Source: Bacteriovoracia bacterium (GTDB taxonomy: Bacteria > Bdellovibrionota > UBA1018 > CAIPTA01). From it: a DNA stretch of 64,000 nucleotides. The position numbers and the translations under genes were made by a program. The notes under the pieces were generated by a model that did no database searches, was not told the origin of the DNA, and was given only the letters and a program-made list of their open reading frames with translations. Positions 36,827-47,131 of the stretch are shown piece after piece (within the stretch, counting starts at the first letter, position 1; every line of letters starts with the position of its first letter). Where the stretch lies: assembly GCA_050246755.1 (NCBI GenBank), contig JBFWVL010000001.1, forward strand, positions 1,184,001-1,248,000. The letters are read 5' to 3'.

Positions 36827-37930
36827 ATGAGCAAAGACCTCGCCTATCTTTACGTTCACCTGCCTTTTTGCGAGGTGATTTGCCACTATTGCGATTTCTA
36901 TACGGCGCGCGCCAAGGATGCGCGGCATGAAGATTTTTTTGCGGCACTCACCGCCGAAGCCCAAACCCAGCTACCCAGCTTGGCGCCACGGCTAAAAGCT
37001 ATTTATTTTGGCGGCGGAACCCCGAGCGCTTCTCCACCCGCGCTGATCGAGCGTTTTTTGGATCTATTCCGCGATAGAATTTCAGCCGATACGGAGATAA
37101 CTCTCGAGGCCAATCCCACGAATATAAATGCAACGCTCGTGACTGCCTGGAAAAAAGCCGGCATCACGCGCATTTCGCTCGGGATCCAAAGCCTAGATGA
37201 TTCCATGCTGAAAAAATTAGGGCGCATGCATTCCGGAGAACGGGCAATTTCGGCCCTAAGAATGTGCCTGGCTGAGTTCGAGAACGTGACCGGCGATCTG
37301 ATCTACGGAGTTCCCGGACAGGCGGAAGAGCAGCCCGCCGAACACGCCGGCGTCATGGCCAAACTTGGGTTAAAGCATATTTCCGCCTATAACCTCACGC
37401 TGGAACCCACCCATTTCCTTCACCCGAAGCTTCCCGACGACGCCTTCTCCTGGAAACAGATCCAAAAATTGGCCGAAATTCTCGAGGCGAGGGGATTTCG
37501 TCACTATGAAATTTCCAATTTTGGGATGCCAGGATTTGAATCACGCAACAATAAAAACTATTGGGCCGGGGGAGGGTATTTGGCCCTTGGTCCTTCGGCT
37601 CACGGCTTTGATGGAGCTTTTACCAGGTGGCGTAATGTGGCCGATTGGGAAAAATACATACGCTTGGCGAACCTCGGAGAAAGCGTACGGGAAGAGGTGG
37701 AGGAGCTGACCCTGGAACAGCGAAGGATCGAGACGATCTTTACGTCTTTACGCACCGCAGAGGGTCTGGAAATCGGCAAATTTGCCGAAAAATTTGGGCA
37801 AAACTTGCTCGAAAATCCAGCCATAAAAGAATGCGAAAAAAGTGGCCTCGGAAGAGTGACAAACGGCTCTTTCGTGCTTACTTTCTCGGGGCGAATGCTG
37901 GGAGATGAAATAGCCCGGAAGCTGTTATAA
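36827..37930 (+). CDS. hemW: Radical SAM heme chaperone HemW
   Basis: YVHLPFCEVICHYCDF, GGGTPS, YEISNF; position upstream of grpE. Confidence 0.9.
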   Translation: MSKDLAYLYVHLPFCEVICHYCDFYTARAKDARHEDFFAALTAEAQTQLPSLAPRLKAIYFGGGTPSASPPALIERFLDLFRDRISADTEITLEANPTNINATLVTAWKKAGITRISLGIQSLDDSMLKKLGRMHSGERAISALRMCLAEFENVTGDLIYGVPGQAEEQPAEHAGVMAKLGLKHISAYNLTLEPTHFLHPKLPDDAFSWKQIQKLAEILEARGFRHYEISNFGMPGFESRNNKNYWAGGGYLALGPSAHGFDGAFTRWRNVADWEKYIRLANLGESVREEVEELTLEQRRIETIFTSLRTAEGLEIGKFAEKFGQNLLENPAIKECEKSGLGRVTNGSFVLTFSGRMLGDEIARKLL

Positions 37931-37955
37931 CGGATGTCTTTTTATGGTCACTTTT

Positions 37956-37983
37956 CTTGACAGTTTCTAATCCGCCACCATAT
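37956..37983 (+). promoter_or_regulatory. Putative heat-shock (sigma32-like) promoter for grpE-dnaK-dnaJ
   Basis: CTTGAC-N14-CACCATAT, compared with the RpoH consensus CTTGAA-N13/14-CCCCATNT. It can also be read as TTGACA-N16-CATATT. Confidence 0.55.
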
Positions 37984-38026
37984 TTCCTAGTAGCAGAGGC
38001 CATACCTTAATTGACGGAAAAACATA

Positions 38027-38602
38027 ATGAATTCAGATGCTTATAAAGAAGAGGCCAAGTCGAATCCGAGCCTAGATGGCCGGGATGAGGAGGCCACCAA
38101 AGAGGCCGGCGGAGATGCCGCGGCCGATGGGGCGGTTTCCGATCCGGTGCAGGAGCTTCAGAGCAAGCTGCAAGATTCGGAAAAGAAATACTTATACCTC
38201 TATTCCGAATTCGAAAACTTTCGCCGCCGCTCGGAGCGTGACCGCATCGATTTTATTAAGTTCGGCCATGAAGGTTTTCTGCGGGAGCTATTGCAGGTGG
38301 TCGATAATTTCGAGCGTGCCCTGGAGCACGCGAAAGGCTTGGCTACCGAAAAGGCTTCACCCGTTAGCCAAGTTACCCAAGGCATCGAAATGATTCATTA
38401 CCAAATGCTGGAGTCGCTAAAGGCTCAGGGCGTAGCTGAGATTCAAGCATTGGGGAAAAAATTTGATCCGGCGCTGCACGAAGCGGTGGGAGAAGAAGCA
38501 GCGGATAGTGAACCGGGCATTATTCTGAAGGTGATGCAGAAGGGCTACCAGCTACACGGAAGATTGCTGCGTGCTGCCCGCGTGATTGTGGCAAAAAGTT
38601 AA
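38027..38602 (+). CDS. grpE: Nucleotide exchange factor GrpE
   Basis: EFENFRRR, DNFERAL, FDPALHEAV, GY..HGRLLR.A.V. Confidence 0.97.
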   Translation: MNSDAYKEEAKSNPSLDGRDEEATKEAGGDAAADGAVSDPVQELQSKLQDSEKKYLYLYSEFENFRRRSERDRIDFIKFGHEGFLRELLQVVDNFERALEHAKGLATEKASPVSQVTQGIEMIHYQMLESLKAQGVAEIQALGKKFDPALHEAVGEEAADSEPGIILKVMQKGYQLHGRLLRAARVIVAKS

Positions 38603-38640
38603 TTTTTGATTAGTAAACGTTTTTTGATTAGGAGGAATTT

Positions 38641-40575
38641 ATGGGAAAAATGATTGGAATCGACTTAGGTACTACTAACTCTTGCGTATCGGTGCTTGAG
38701 GGTGGGAGCCCAAAAGTAATCGCCAACTCCGAGGGAGCGAACACCACGCCCTCCGTGGTAGGCTTTACCGAAGGCGGCGAAGTACTCACCGGACAAATCG
38801 CCAAACGCCAAGCGGTTACGAACCCCGATAAGACCATCTTCGAAGCCAAGCGCCTAATTGGCCGCAAGTTCAACTCGAAAGAAGTTCAGGAGTTCATCAA
38901 AGTAGCTCCTTTCAAGATCATCGAGATGAAAAACGGCGACGCCGGAATTGAAGTGAAAGGGAAACAGTATTCTCCTCAGGAAATTTCCGCACATGTGCTC
39001 ATGAAGATGAAAAAGACTGCGGAAGATTATCTCGGCCAGCCGGTAACGGAAGCCGTGGTCACCGTACCCGCTTATTTCGACGACTTGCAGCGCCAGGCCA
39101 CCAAAGACGCCGGACGCATCGCCGGCCTCGACGTGAAGCGTATTATTAACGAACCCACCGCGGCGGCTCTCGCCTACGGCCTCGATAAGAAACGCGACAT
39201 GAAAATCGCCGTATTCGATCTCGGGGGCGGTACCTTCGACGTTTCGATTCTCGAAATCGGCGACGGCGTATTCGAAGTAAAAGCCACCAATGGGGATACC
39301 TTCCTCGGCGGCGGTAACTTCGACCAAAAAATCATCAACTTCCTTGCCGACGAGTTTAAAAAAGAAAACGGCATCGATCTTCGTTCAGATAAAATGGCTC
39401 TCCAGCGCTTGAAAGAAGCCGCCGAAAAAGCCAAGCACGAGCTTTCGAGCTCGGTGGAAACCACCGTGAATCTTCCCTTCATCACCGCGGATGCCACTGG
39501 CCCCAAACACTTAAACGTGAATATCTCACGCTCGAAGTTCGAAGCCCTTGTGGCCGATTTAATACAGGCGCTCGTTAAGCCTTGTGAAATGGCCCTCAAG
39601 GATTCGGGTATCTCTAAGAGCGACATCAACGAGGTAATTCTCGTGGGTGGTATGACTCGCATGCCGAAAGTTCAGGAAAAAGTGCGCGAGATCTTCGGGC
39701 GCGAAGCCTCCAAGGGAGTTAACCCCGACGAAGTAGTAGCCGTGGGCGCTGCGATCCAGGGTGGCGTGCTTCAGGGCGATGTAAAAGACGTTCTCCTTCT
39801 CGACGTGACTCCACTCTCTCTCGGGATCGAAACCTTGGGCGGCGTGTTCACGAAACTCATCGATAAAAACACCACGATTCCGGCCAAGAAGAGCCAAACC
39901 TTCTCGACCGCCGCCGATAACCAGACGGCGGTAACGATCAACGTGCTTCAGGGTGAACGTGAGTTCGCGGCCGATAACCGCCCGCTCGGACGATTCGACC
40001 TCGTGGGTCTTCCTCCTGCTCCCCGCGGTATGCCGCAAGTAGAGGTTACTTTTGATATCGATGCCAACGGGATCGTGAACGTTTCGGCCAAAGATTTGGG
40101 CACCGGAAAAGAACAGAAGATCCAGATCACTCCCAGCTCAGGCCTTTCGGAAGAGGAGATCAAGCGCATGGTTGCCGACGCCGAGAAAAACCGCGGCACC
40201 GACGAAGCCAAGAAGAAATTGGTTACGGCGCGAAACGAACTCGATGGTCTCACTTACTCGGTGGAGAAAACCCTGAAGGAGAACGAAGCGAAGGTAGACG
40301 CGGCTGCCAAGGGTGAAGTAGAAGCCGCCATCGCCGCCGCGAAATCGGCGCTCGAGGGCGAAAGCGCCGACACCATGAAAACCGCTTTGGAAGGATTGCA
40401 GAAGGCCTCCAATAAAATGGCCGAGCAACTCTATAAGCAGACGGCCGATGCGGCTCAGCAAGCAGGCGCTAATGGCCAAGCCGCGAACGGAAACGGCGCA
40501 AACGGCGCGGCCGCTTCCGGCGACAGTAAGAAAGATGGCGACGACGTAATCGACGCTGACTTCAAAGAACTCTAA
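38641..40575 (+). CDS. dnaK: Chaperone DnaK (Hsp70)
   Basis: [31 protein letters not shown] tail. Confidence 0.99.
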   Translation: MGKMIGIDLGTTNSCVSVLEGGSPKVIANSEGANTTPSVVGFTEGGEVLTGQIAKRQAVTNPDKTIFEAKRLIGRKFNSKEVQEFIKVAPFKIIEMKNGDAGIEVKGKQYSPQEISAHVLMKMKKTAEDYLGQPVTEAVVTVPAYFDDLQRQATKDAGRIAGLDVKRIINEPTAAALAYGLDKKRDMKIAVFDLGGGTFDVSILEIGDGVFEVKATNGDTFLGGGNFDQKIINFLADEFKKENGIDLRSDKMALQRLKEAAEKAKHELSSSVETTVNLPFITADATGPKHLNVNISRSKFEALVADLIQALVKPCEMALKDSGISKSDINEVILVGGMTRMPKVQEKVREIFGREASKGVNPDEVVAVGAAIQGGVLQGDVKDVLLLDVTPLSLGIETLGGVFTKLIDKNTTIPAKKSQTFSTAADNQTAVTINVLQGEREFAADNRPLGRFDLVGLPPAPRGMPQVEVTFDIDANGIVNVSAKDLGTGKEQKIQITPSSGLSEEEIKRMVADAEKNRGTDEAKKKLVTARNELDGLTYSVEKTLKENEAKVDAAAKGEVEAAIAAAKSALEGESADTMKTALEGLQKASNKMAEQLYKQTADAAQQAGANGQAANGNGANGAAASGDSKKDGDDVIDADFKEL

Positions 40576-40593
40576 TCCGATAACTAAAAAAAT

Positions 40594-40630
40594 AGGACCG
40601 TTAGCCTCCAAGTGGGGCTAACGGTTTTCT
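40594..40630 (+). terminator. Hairpin/attenuator between dnaK and dnaJ
   Basis: ACCGTTAGCC...GGCTAACGGT followed by TTTCT, ending just before the dnaJ ATG. Confidence 0.7.
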
Positions 40631-40631
40631 T

Positions 40632-41762
40632 ATGGCAACCAAGCGCGACTATTACGAAATTCTGGAAGTTACCAAAACCGTCACGGCCGAGGATTTGAAG
40701 AAAGCCTACCGTAAGAAAGCGGTTCAATTTCATCCCGATAAAAATCCTGGCGATAAGGAGTCGGAAGAAAAGTTCAAGGAGGTCTCTGAGGCCTACGAAG
40801 TGCTTTCGAATCCCGAGAAACGCCGCGCCTACGATCAATTCGGCCACGCCGGAGTGGGTCAAGGAAGCCCGTTCGGTGGAGGGGGTGGCTTCGAGGGCGC
40901 CAACATCAATGATATTTTCGGTGATATCTTCGGCGATATTTTCGGCCAAGGCGGAGGAAGAAGCCGTGGGCGCCGCTCTCGTTCCCATGGGCGTCCCGGG
41001 GAAGATTTAGCTTACGATTTAGAAGTAAAATTTGAAGAGGCGGCATTTGGGAAAACCGAAACCGTCGAAGTATGGCGTGAAACCGCCTGCGGTACTTGCA
41101 GTGGCACCGGCTCTAAATCCGGCAAGGCTCAGTCTTGTGGTACCTGCGGCGGTGCGGGTGAAGTGCACTTCCAGCAAGGATTTTTTAGTGTTTCACGGCC
41201 TTGTCCCGCCTGCCACGGCGAGGGGATCACGATCAAAGATCCCTGCTCAGCATGCCGCGGTCATGGTCGCACCCAAACCAAATCGAAATTGGAAGTCCGC
41301 ATTCCGGGCGGTATCGCCACGGGGCAGCGACTTAAGTTGTCGGGTGAAGGTAATAGTGGAGTGCGTGGCGGAGAAGCGGGCGATCTCTACGTGAGTATTC
41401 AAGTAAAACCCCACCCTATATTCGAGCGCGATGGCGATAACGTGCTCTGCGACATTCCGGTAAGCATTGCGCAGGCCGCGATTGGCGCAGAGCTAGAAGC
41501 CCCCAGCCTCGACGGGAAAGTAAAAGTAAAAATCCCGAGCGGAACGCAAAGCCATCAGACCCTAAGGCTCAAGGGAAAGGGGATTCCCCACCTCGGTGGC
41601 TATGGACGAGGAGATCAACTCTTGCGTATACTTGTGGAAACCCCGACGAAGCTTTCGCAGAAGCAAAAGGATCTCTTGCTGGAGCTCGAAAAGAGCTTCG
41701 GAGTGGAATCCCAGCCGCTCACGAAAACGTTCCTCGGCAAAGTGAAGGATCTCTTTGGATGA
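40632..41762 (+). CDS. dnaJ: Chaperone DnaJ
   Basis: HPD J-domain, G/F region, four CxxCxGxG repeats. Confidence 0.99.
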   Translation: MATKRDYYEILEVTKTVTAEDLKKAYRKKAVQFHPDKNPGDKESEEKFKEVSEAYEVLSNPEKRRAYDQFGHAGVGQGSPFGGGGGFEGANINDIFGDIFGDIFGQGGGRSRGRRSRSHGRPGEDLAYDLEVKFEEAAFGKTETVEVWRETACGTCSGTGSKSGKAQSCGTCGGAGEVHFQQGFFSVSRPCPACHGEGITIKDPCSACRGHGRTQTKSKLEVRIPGGIATGQRLKLSGEGNSGVRGGEAGDLYVSIQVKPHPIFERDGDNVLCDIPVSIAQAAIGAELEAPSLDGKVKVKIPSGTQSHQTLRLKGKGIPHLGGYGRGDQLLRILVETPTKLSQKQKDLLLELEKSFGVESQPLTKTFLGKVKDLFG

Positions 41763-43771
41763 AAATCATGCTCGCGCTTTTGGTGGCCCTTTTCTTTTTT
41801 GCCCCGCAAGCACGCGCTGCCGATCCCTCCCCTGACGCAGAAACTCTTTACGCCGACGCCGAACGCCTTTACTTAAAAAGTAATTCTCAAGGGGCCCTTC
41901 AAAGCCTGGGGAAATTTTTTGCTCTTCCTAGCAGCGCGGTTCCGGTTCGTTCGAAAATCCGAGCCCATAACCTACGGGGCCTTATTTACTTTCAATCCCG
42001 CACCCTGCAGCCCGCGATGCAGGAGTTCGAAGCGGCCGTGCAGCTAGCCAATCGTGGCCTGCAAGACAACGACTCGCTTCTTCACCTTACTCGTTACAAC
42101 CTCGGAAATGCATATTTCCAGGTAAATAAGGCCGAAGACGCCTACGACCTACTGAAAACCGTGACTCCCGACGCCCTCGACGCGGATACGCGCGCGCGCT
42201 TTCACCATCTTTTTGGAAACGTACTTTCGGCCCGCGAAGAAAAACTAGAGGCACTCGTTCAATATCTTGGCGCCGCCAACCTCGCCAAAGACGTAGCCGC
42301 GCGCGATACTTTTTTGCAAAAAGCCCAGAATGCCTCCAAGAGCATTTACCTAAAAAACCCGAAGGTAGACCTAGACCGCCTCGCGAATCTTTCTTTTCCG
42401 GGCGGAAGCGCCGCGGATCTTGCTACCCGGATTTTCATGGCCCGCGGTTATATGTATCTCGGAGATACGAGCAAGGCCGAGAGCTTGCTCGAAAAAGTAC
42501 TCAAAGAAATTGAGCCTAATCATCCTCTTCGCCCGCGCGCTGAAGAAATGCTTTCCGACTTGGGAAAACTTTCGCGCGTAAACCCTAAGGCTATCGGCGT
42601 ACTGCTTCCGCTCAGCGGAAAATTCGGAAAATTTGGCCGTCTCTGCCTGAATGCGATCCTCATGGCCCACGGCGTATTCGAAGAAATGGCCGAAAAAGTA
42701 GACGCAAACGGCCTCCGCCTCGTGATTCGCGATTCTGGGGAAACCCCCGAGTCGGCTACGGAGAAATTCGAGGAGCTCGTGAAAGACGAGGGCGCGATCG
42801 CGGTAATCGGCCCGCTCCTCAGCAAACAGTTTCCCGCCTTGGCACGCAAGGCCCAAGAGTTTGGGGTACCGCTTATCAGCCTTAGCCAACGCATCGAAGC
42901 CGGCCAAATGGGTTCTTATATTTTTCCCGTAGCGCTCTCCCCCAACCAACAAATCGAAACGATCGTCTCTCACGCCATAGGTAAGGAAGGCTTCAAGCGG
43001 TTCGCCATTCTCGCCCCGAGCGATACTTTCGGCGAAGAATACGTACATTTATTCTGGGACGCCGTGGAAAAAGCCGGTGGAAAAATCGTGGGCATAGAAA
43101 GATACGAACCCAGGAGCACCGACTTCCGCGAAGAAGTGCGGCGCTTGCTTGGGCAAGAATATTTAGGTGCCCGGAAAATCGAGCTTGAAGATCTCGAGCG
43201 CCGCAAAGAGCGCTACGCTGCCACCCTAAAGGTAAAGGGCAAGCTGCGCCAGCGCATGCTAAAAGTATATGATCCTAAACCAGTGGTCGATTTCGACGCA
43301 CTCTTTATCCCCGACGATCCGGCAACGGTAGGCCAGATTGCTCCCGCCTTCGCCGTGGAAGACGTGGCCAATCTGCCCCTCTTGGGAATCAATACCTGGA
43401 ATACTCCGGACATCGTGCAACGCGCTGGCAGGTACCTGCAAAGGGCGCTATTTGTGGATGGTTTTTTTGCCAATAGCCAGGACGCCAAGAGCATTCAATT
43501 CACCCAGGACTACATGAAATTTTTCAAATCCGTACCTGGTACCATTGAAGTGCAGGCGTACGATGCCGCTTCAATCCTGATCGAAGCACTTAAGGATCAT
43601 TCCATCGGGAATCGTTCCGCGCTTCGCGATCAACTTCTTTCCAAGGAGAAATTCTCCGGAATATCGGGCGATTACCGCTTTAGCGAAAATGGCGTAGAAA
43701 GAAGCGCCCATCTTTTGACGGTCCGGGGAAATTCAATCGCAGAAATTTCCGAATCTCAGGGCAAGCGGTAG
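41759..43771 (+). CDS. TPR + periplasmic-binding-fold protein (LpoA/LppC-like PBP activator)
   Basis: Signal peptide, TPR helices, [33 protein letters not shown]. Confidence 0.8.
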   Translation: MKIMLALLVALFFFAPQARAADPSPDAETLYADAERLYLKSNSQGALQSLGKFFALPSSAVPVRSKIRAHNLRGLIYFQSRTLQPAMQEFEAAVQLANRGLQDNDSLLHLTRYNLGNAYFQVNKAEDAYDLLKTVTPDALDADTRARFHHLFGNVLSAREEKLEALVQYLGAANLAKDVAARDTFLQKAQNASKSIYLKNPKVDLDRLANLSFPGGSAADLATRIFMARGYMYLGDTSKAESLLEKVLKEIEPNHPLRPRAEEMLSDLGKLSRVNPKAIGVLLPLSGKFGKFGRLCLNAILMAHGVFEEMAEKVDANGLRLVIRDSGETPESATEKFEELVKDEGAIAVIGPLLSKQFPALARKAQEFGVPLISLSQRIEAGQMGSYIFPVALSPNQQIETIVSHAIGKEGFKRFAILAPSDTFGEEYVHLFWDAVEKAGGKIVGIERYEPRSTDFREEVRRLLGQEYLGARKIELEDLERRKERYAATLKVKGKLRQRMLKVYDPKPVVDFDALFIPDDPATVGQIAPAFAVEDVANLPLLGINTWNTPDIVQRAGRYLQRALFVDGFFANSQDAKSIQFTQDYMKFFKSVPGTIEVQAYDAASILIEALKDHSIGNRSALRDQLLSKEKFSGISGDYRFSENGVERSAHLLTVRGNSIAEISESQGKR

Positions 43772-43780
43772 CGGCATTTC

Positions 43781-43809
43781 TTGCTAGCTATGTAGTCGTT
43801 ACGTATAAT
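43781..43809 (+). promoter_or_regulatory. Sigma70-type promoter upstream of fliD
   Basis: TTGCTA-N17-TATAAT; AAGGAGG RBS before TTG 43846. Confidence 0.7.
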
Positions 43810-43845
43810 TTTAAGAGGTGGTTCTTTTGTCAAGGAGGATAAAAG

Positions 43846-45222
43846 TTGCCGTCCATATCACTTGGGCCAATTGCATCGGGACTTCCCAAAGACTTAGTCA
43901 AGCAGCTCGTAGAAGCTGAGCGCGAACCCATTCGTAAATTGGAAAATCGTAAGCAAGATGAAGAGGCGAAGCTGAAACTCGTCCAAGACCTTTCTTCGCG
44001 CATCAATGACATCTCCAGCGGCCTAAAGGACCTCACTAAATTCAGAAATTTCCGCGATCTCATGGCCGTGAACCCCAGAGCCGATCTCATGGACGTAACC
44101 GTAGATAAGAATTCCGCGGAACCCGGCAGCTACCAGATCGAAGTGGTGCGCCTCGCCGGACAATCTTCGATTATGTCGAATGGATTTCCCGACGCCGACG
44201 ATACCCAAGTGGGCGCCGGTTATTTCAGCTACGAGCTACCGAACGGCGAGACCAAAGAAGTTTATATTGACCCCGACAACAGCACGCTTCAGGGCGTGGC
44301 GAGGATGATCAATAAAGAAAAGGACCTGCAGTTAAATGCCATCGTCGTGGACGACGGAACCGGCTCCGAAAACCCCTTCCGCCTCATCGTGACCCACACC
44401 AAAACCGGCGAAGTGAACGACGCAGAATTTCCTAATTTTTATTTCCTCGATGGCGACGAAGACTTCTACATGGAGAAGGAAAGGCCTGCGCAAAACTCCT
44501 TAGTGAAGGTGAACGGTTTCGAGGTGGAGTTTGAAGGAAATAAGATCGACACCCTTCTTCCCGGGGTAACCTTGGACCTGAAAGACGCGGCCCCCGGAAA
44601 AGAATTCACGCTCAAAGTGCAAGAAGACAATAAGAGCGTACGCGGAAAAGTGGAAGGAATGGTTGGCAAGCTCAATGAAGTGCTGAGCTTCATCCAGGGC
44701 CAGAATAAACTCGATAAAGACAGTAATACTAGGACCACGCTCGGCGGAGATATCACGCTGCAAACTCTCGAGTATAAAGTACGCCAGCTGGTGCAAACCC
44801 CAGTGGCCACCGAATTCGGCGGGGTGCGCATGGGCGATCTCGGGGTCACTTTCACCCGTAACGGACTGCTGGAATTCTCGGGCGATAAATTCGAGAAAGC
44901 ACTTAATAAGAACTTCGCGGCGGTATCGCAGTTTTTCGTGGGCCTCGAGGACGAGGGGGACGGTTTTGCCTCCAAATTAGACGGCACCGTGAAATCCATG
45001 ACCCGCCAAGAGGGCGTGGTACAATCGCGGGTAGATGGGATCAAGCGCAGGATTCGCGATATTGACCAGCAGATTGAAGTGAAAGAGCGGCAAATCGCGC
45101 GCACGGAACAGGCGCTTAAAGACAAATTTTCTGCACTCGAAGGAACGATCGCGAAACTAAAAGGACAACAAGCATCAGTGGCGGGAGCCTTGGGCGGCGG
45201 TGGCGCCCTTCCCGGACTTTAA
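43846..45222 (+). CDS. fliD: Flagellar filament cap protein
   Basis: N-terminal SGL....V.QLVEAER, LPGVTLDLK, C-terminal coiled coil KFSALEG. Confidence 0.93.
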   Translation: MPSISLGPIASGLPKDLVKQLVEAEREPIRKLENRKQDEEAKLKLVQDLSSRINDISSGLKDLTKFRNFRDLMAVNPRADLMDVTVDKNSAEPGSYQIEVVRLAGQSSIMSNGFPDADDTQVGAGYFSYELPNGETKEVYIDPDNSTLQGVARMINKEKDLQLNAIVVDDGTGSENPFRLIVTHTKTGEVNDAEFPNFYFLDGDEDFYMEKERPAQNSLVKVNGFEVEFEGNKIDTLLPGVTLDLKDAAPGKEFTLKVQEDNKSVRGKVEGMVGKLNEVLSFIQGQNKLDKDSNTRTTLGGDITLQTLEYKVRQLVQTPVATEFGGVRMGDLGVTFTRNGLLEFSGDKFEKALNKNFAAVSQFFVGLEDEGDGFASKLDGTVKSMTRQEGVVQSRVDGIKRRIRDIDQQIEVKERQIARTEQALKDKFSALEGTIAKLKGQQASVAGALGGGGALPGL

Positions 45223-45250
45223 AAACTACCCTAAGGATGGGGACTAAAAA

Positions 45251-45646
45251 ATGAACCAGCACGGCGCAAAGGCATACCACAACACCTCGGTCCAAACGGC
45301 CAGCAAGGAAAAAATCCTGTTGATGCTCTACGAAGGCTGCATTCGCAATCTAAAGAAGTGCAAGATTGCGATGGAAAACAAACAATGGGCCGAAAAGGGC
45401 CAATACTTGGGTAAGGCTCAGGACATTATCAATGAGCTTTCGAACTCGTTAAACTTCGAAGTGGGCGGAGAGCTTTCTAAGCAACTGGAAGGCCTTTATA
45501 TTTATATTTTCAGCCAAACCACTCAGGCCAATATCGATAACGATCCAAATAAAATCGCTCATTGCATCAAGCTCCTGGAAACGCTCTACGAAGGCTGGAA
45601 AGAAGCCGTGGAAAAGCTAAAAGGCCCCGAAGGGAGCAAAAAATGA
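45251..45646 (+). CDS. fliS: Flagellin export chaperone
   Basis: VQTAS...LLMLYEG, KAQDIINEL..SL, LY.Y, W.EA. Confidence 0.96.
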   Translation: MNQHGAKAYHNTSVQTASKEKILLMLYEGCIRNLKKCKIAMENKQWAEKGQYLGKAQDIINELSNSLNFEVGGELSKQLEGLYIYIFSQTTQANIDNDPNKIAHCIKLLETLYEGWKEAVEKLKGPEGSKK

Positions 45647-46083
45647 CGCACTTATACAAGCTGCTCGAGCAAAAGAACTACTGGTACGGAAAATACCTTA
45701 ATTGCACCGCCGCTTTCCAGGCCGCGCTTAAGCACGCCCCGGAGATTGCGCTCTCCGAGCTCGAGCTTTTTTACGGCAACCGCGACAGCCTCCTGAAGAT
45801 TTTAGAAGGCATAGACCAAAAAATCGATGAGCTATTGGCCACCCCGGAATGGCAGGCCCACCAGTACTCTTCCGAGCAAACCGCGCGTATCCAGCAGTTC
45901 ATCCGGGAAAAAGATAACGCCGTGGAAAAGATCGTGGCCATCGATAAGGTGGTTATCGCCGAATTAGAGAGAATTCAGCTGGAAGGCCGAGGTAAGATGC
46001 AGTCTCTGCTTAGGGGAAAAAAGGCTCTTGCCAAATATAAGAGCGAGCCCAAACATAATGAAAAAATCGATAAGCGGGTATAA
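45643..46083 (+). CDS. FliT-like helical protein (positional inference)
   Basis: ATGA overlap with fliS; all-helical; R..LL and D..V motifs. Confidence 0.6.
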   Translation: MTHLYKLLEQKNYWYGKYLNCTAAFQAALKHAPEIALSELELFYGNRDSLLKILEGIDQKIDELLATPEWQAHQYSSEQTARIQQFIREKDNAVEKIVAIDKVVIAELERIQLEGRGKMQSLLRGKKALAKYKSEPKHNEKIDKRV

Positions 46084-47097
46084 ATGAGCCGGGATAAAGA
46101 AATCGAATTCAGTCAGAGCTTTGAACACCAAGCGGCGGTGAATAATTTGGTGGCCGAAACGTTTGAGAGCGCCGATGCTAGCGGCGGCGAGCAAGTATTT
46201 GAGTCCAATGGGCGCCTCAATACCTCCGTGCTCGTGCGTAACGCCAAAATTCTTTTGGCCGCCGGCGACGTAATCCTCGCCAAAAATATTTTCCGCGCCC
46301 TCGTGGAAGCCGGAGAGTCGTTAGGCGTGGCTTATTCAGGCCTCGGAAGCTGCTATGAGCTGGAGAACAAGCCCGACCTCGCCATCAAAGCTTACCGCGA
46401 AGCCATCATCTTTGAGCCCACCTATGGATGCCTCTACGCTCTCGCGGATCTCTACATCAAGCGCGAAGAATATCAAAATGCCGTGGGAACTTTGCTTCGC
46501 GCCCAGAACTTGAATCGCCTTTCTTCTACCCACTTATTCGAAATCCATAAAAGCCTTGGTAGCTGCTATATGCAGCTCTCCCAGCTCAATAACGCCGAAG
46601 CCCACTATCGCCGCGCCTACGAAATCAATCCCGGCTCAGATGCGCTTCACGTGAATATCGGATCTCTTGCAATGAAAAAGGGGGATCTCTCTACCGCGCT
46701 TCTGCATTTTAAAGAAGCCACGCGGATCAATCCCCTCAACGGCGGCGCTTATACCGGTCTGGGCTTGGCTCATATCGGACTAGGAAACAGAGAGCCGGCT
46801 CACGAAGCATTTGCCAATTCCCTCCGCATTGATATTCACGATGTAACCGCGCTTTACCATCTGGTGAAGCTTGCCTACGAGCTCAAGCAGTTTGAAACCG
46901 TTTCCGAGCTCCTGAATAAATATATTCAGAACAACACCGTGAACTCGAATATTTTGTATAGCTACGCGGGGATTCTTTATCACCGCATGCTCTATAGAGA
47001 AGCACTGGAAGAATGTGAAAAGTTATCGGCCCTTAAGCCGGATCACGAAGGTGCAAAAAAAATGAAAGAGCTGATCCTGACGAAATTATCAAACTGA
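46084..47097 (+). CDS. TPR repeat protein
   Basis: Repeated A...LG..Y......A...Y..A....P units. Confidence 0.9.
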   Translation: MSRDKEIEFSQSFEHQAAVNNLVAETFESADASGGEQVFESNGRLNTSVLVRNAKILLAAGDVILAKNIFRALVEAGESLGVAYSGLGSCYELENKPDLAIKAYREAIIFEPTYGCLYALADLYIKREEYQNAVGTLLRAQNLNRLSSTHLFEIHKSLGSCYMQLSQLNNAEAHYRRAYEINPGSDALHVNIGSLAMKKGDLSTALLHFKEATRINPLNGGAYTGLGLAHIGLGNREPAHEAFANSLRIDIHDVTALYHLVKLAYELKQFETVSELLNKYIQNNTVNSNILYSYAGILYHRMLYREALEECEKLSALKPDHEGAKKMKELILTKLSN

Positions 47098-47131
47098 AGA
47101 GTCAGGACGCCGGACAAGGATTGTTGGCGCT

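Noticed and set aside
38628-40988. Several 100-160 aa minus-strand ORFs opposite dnaK/dnaJ
   Set aside because: Well-known antisense open frames of hsp70 genes; no independent support.
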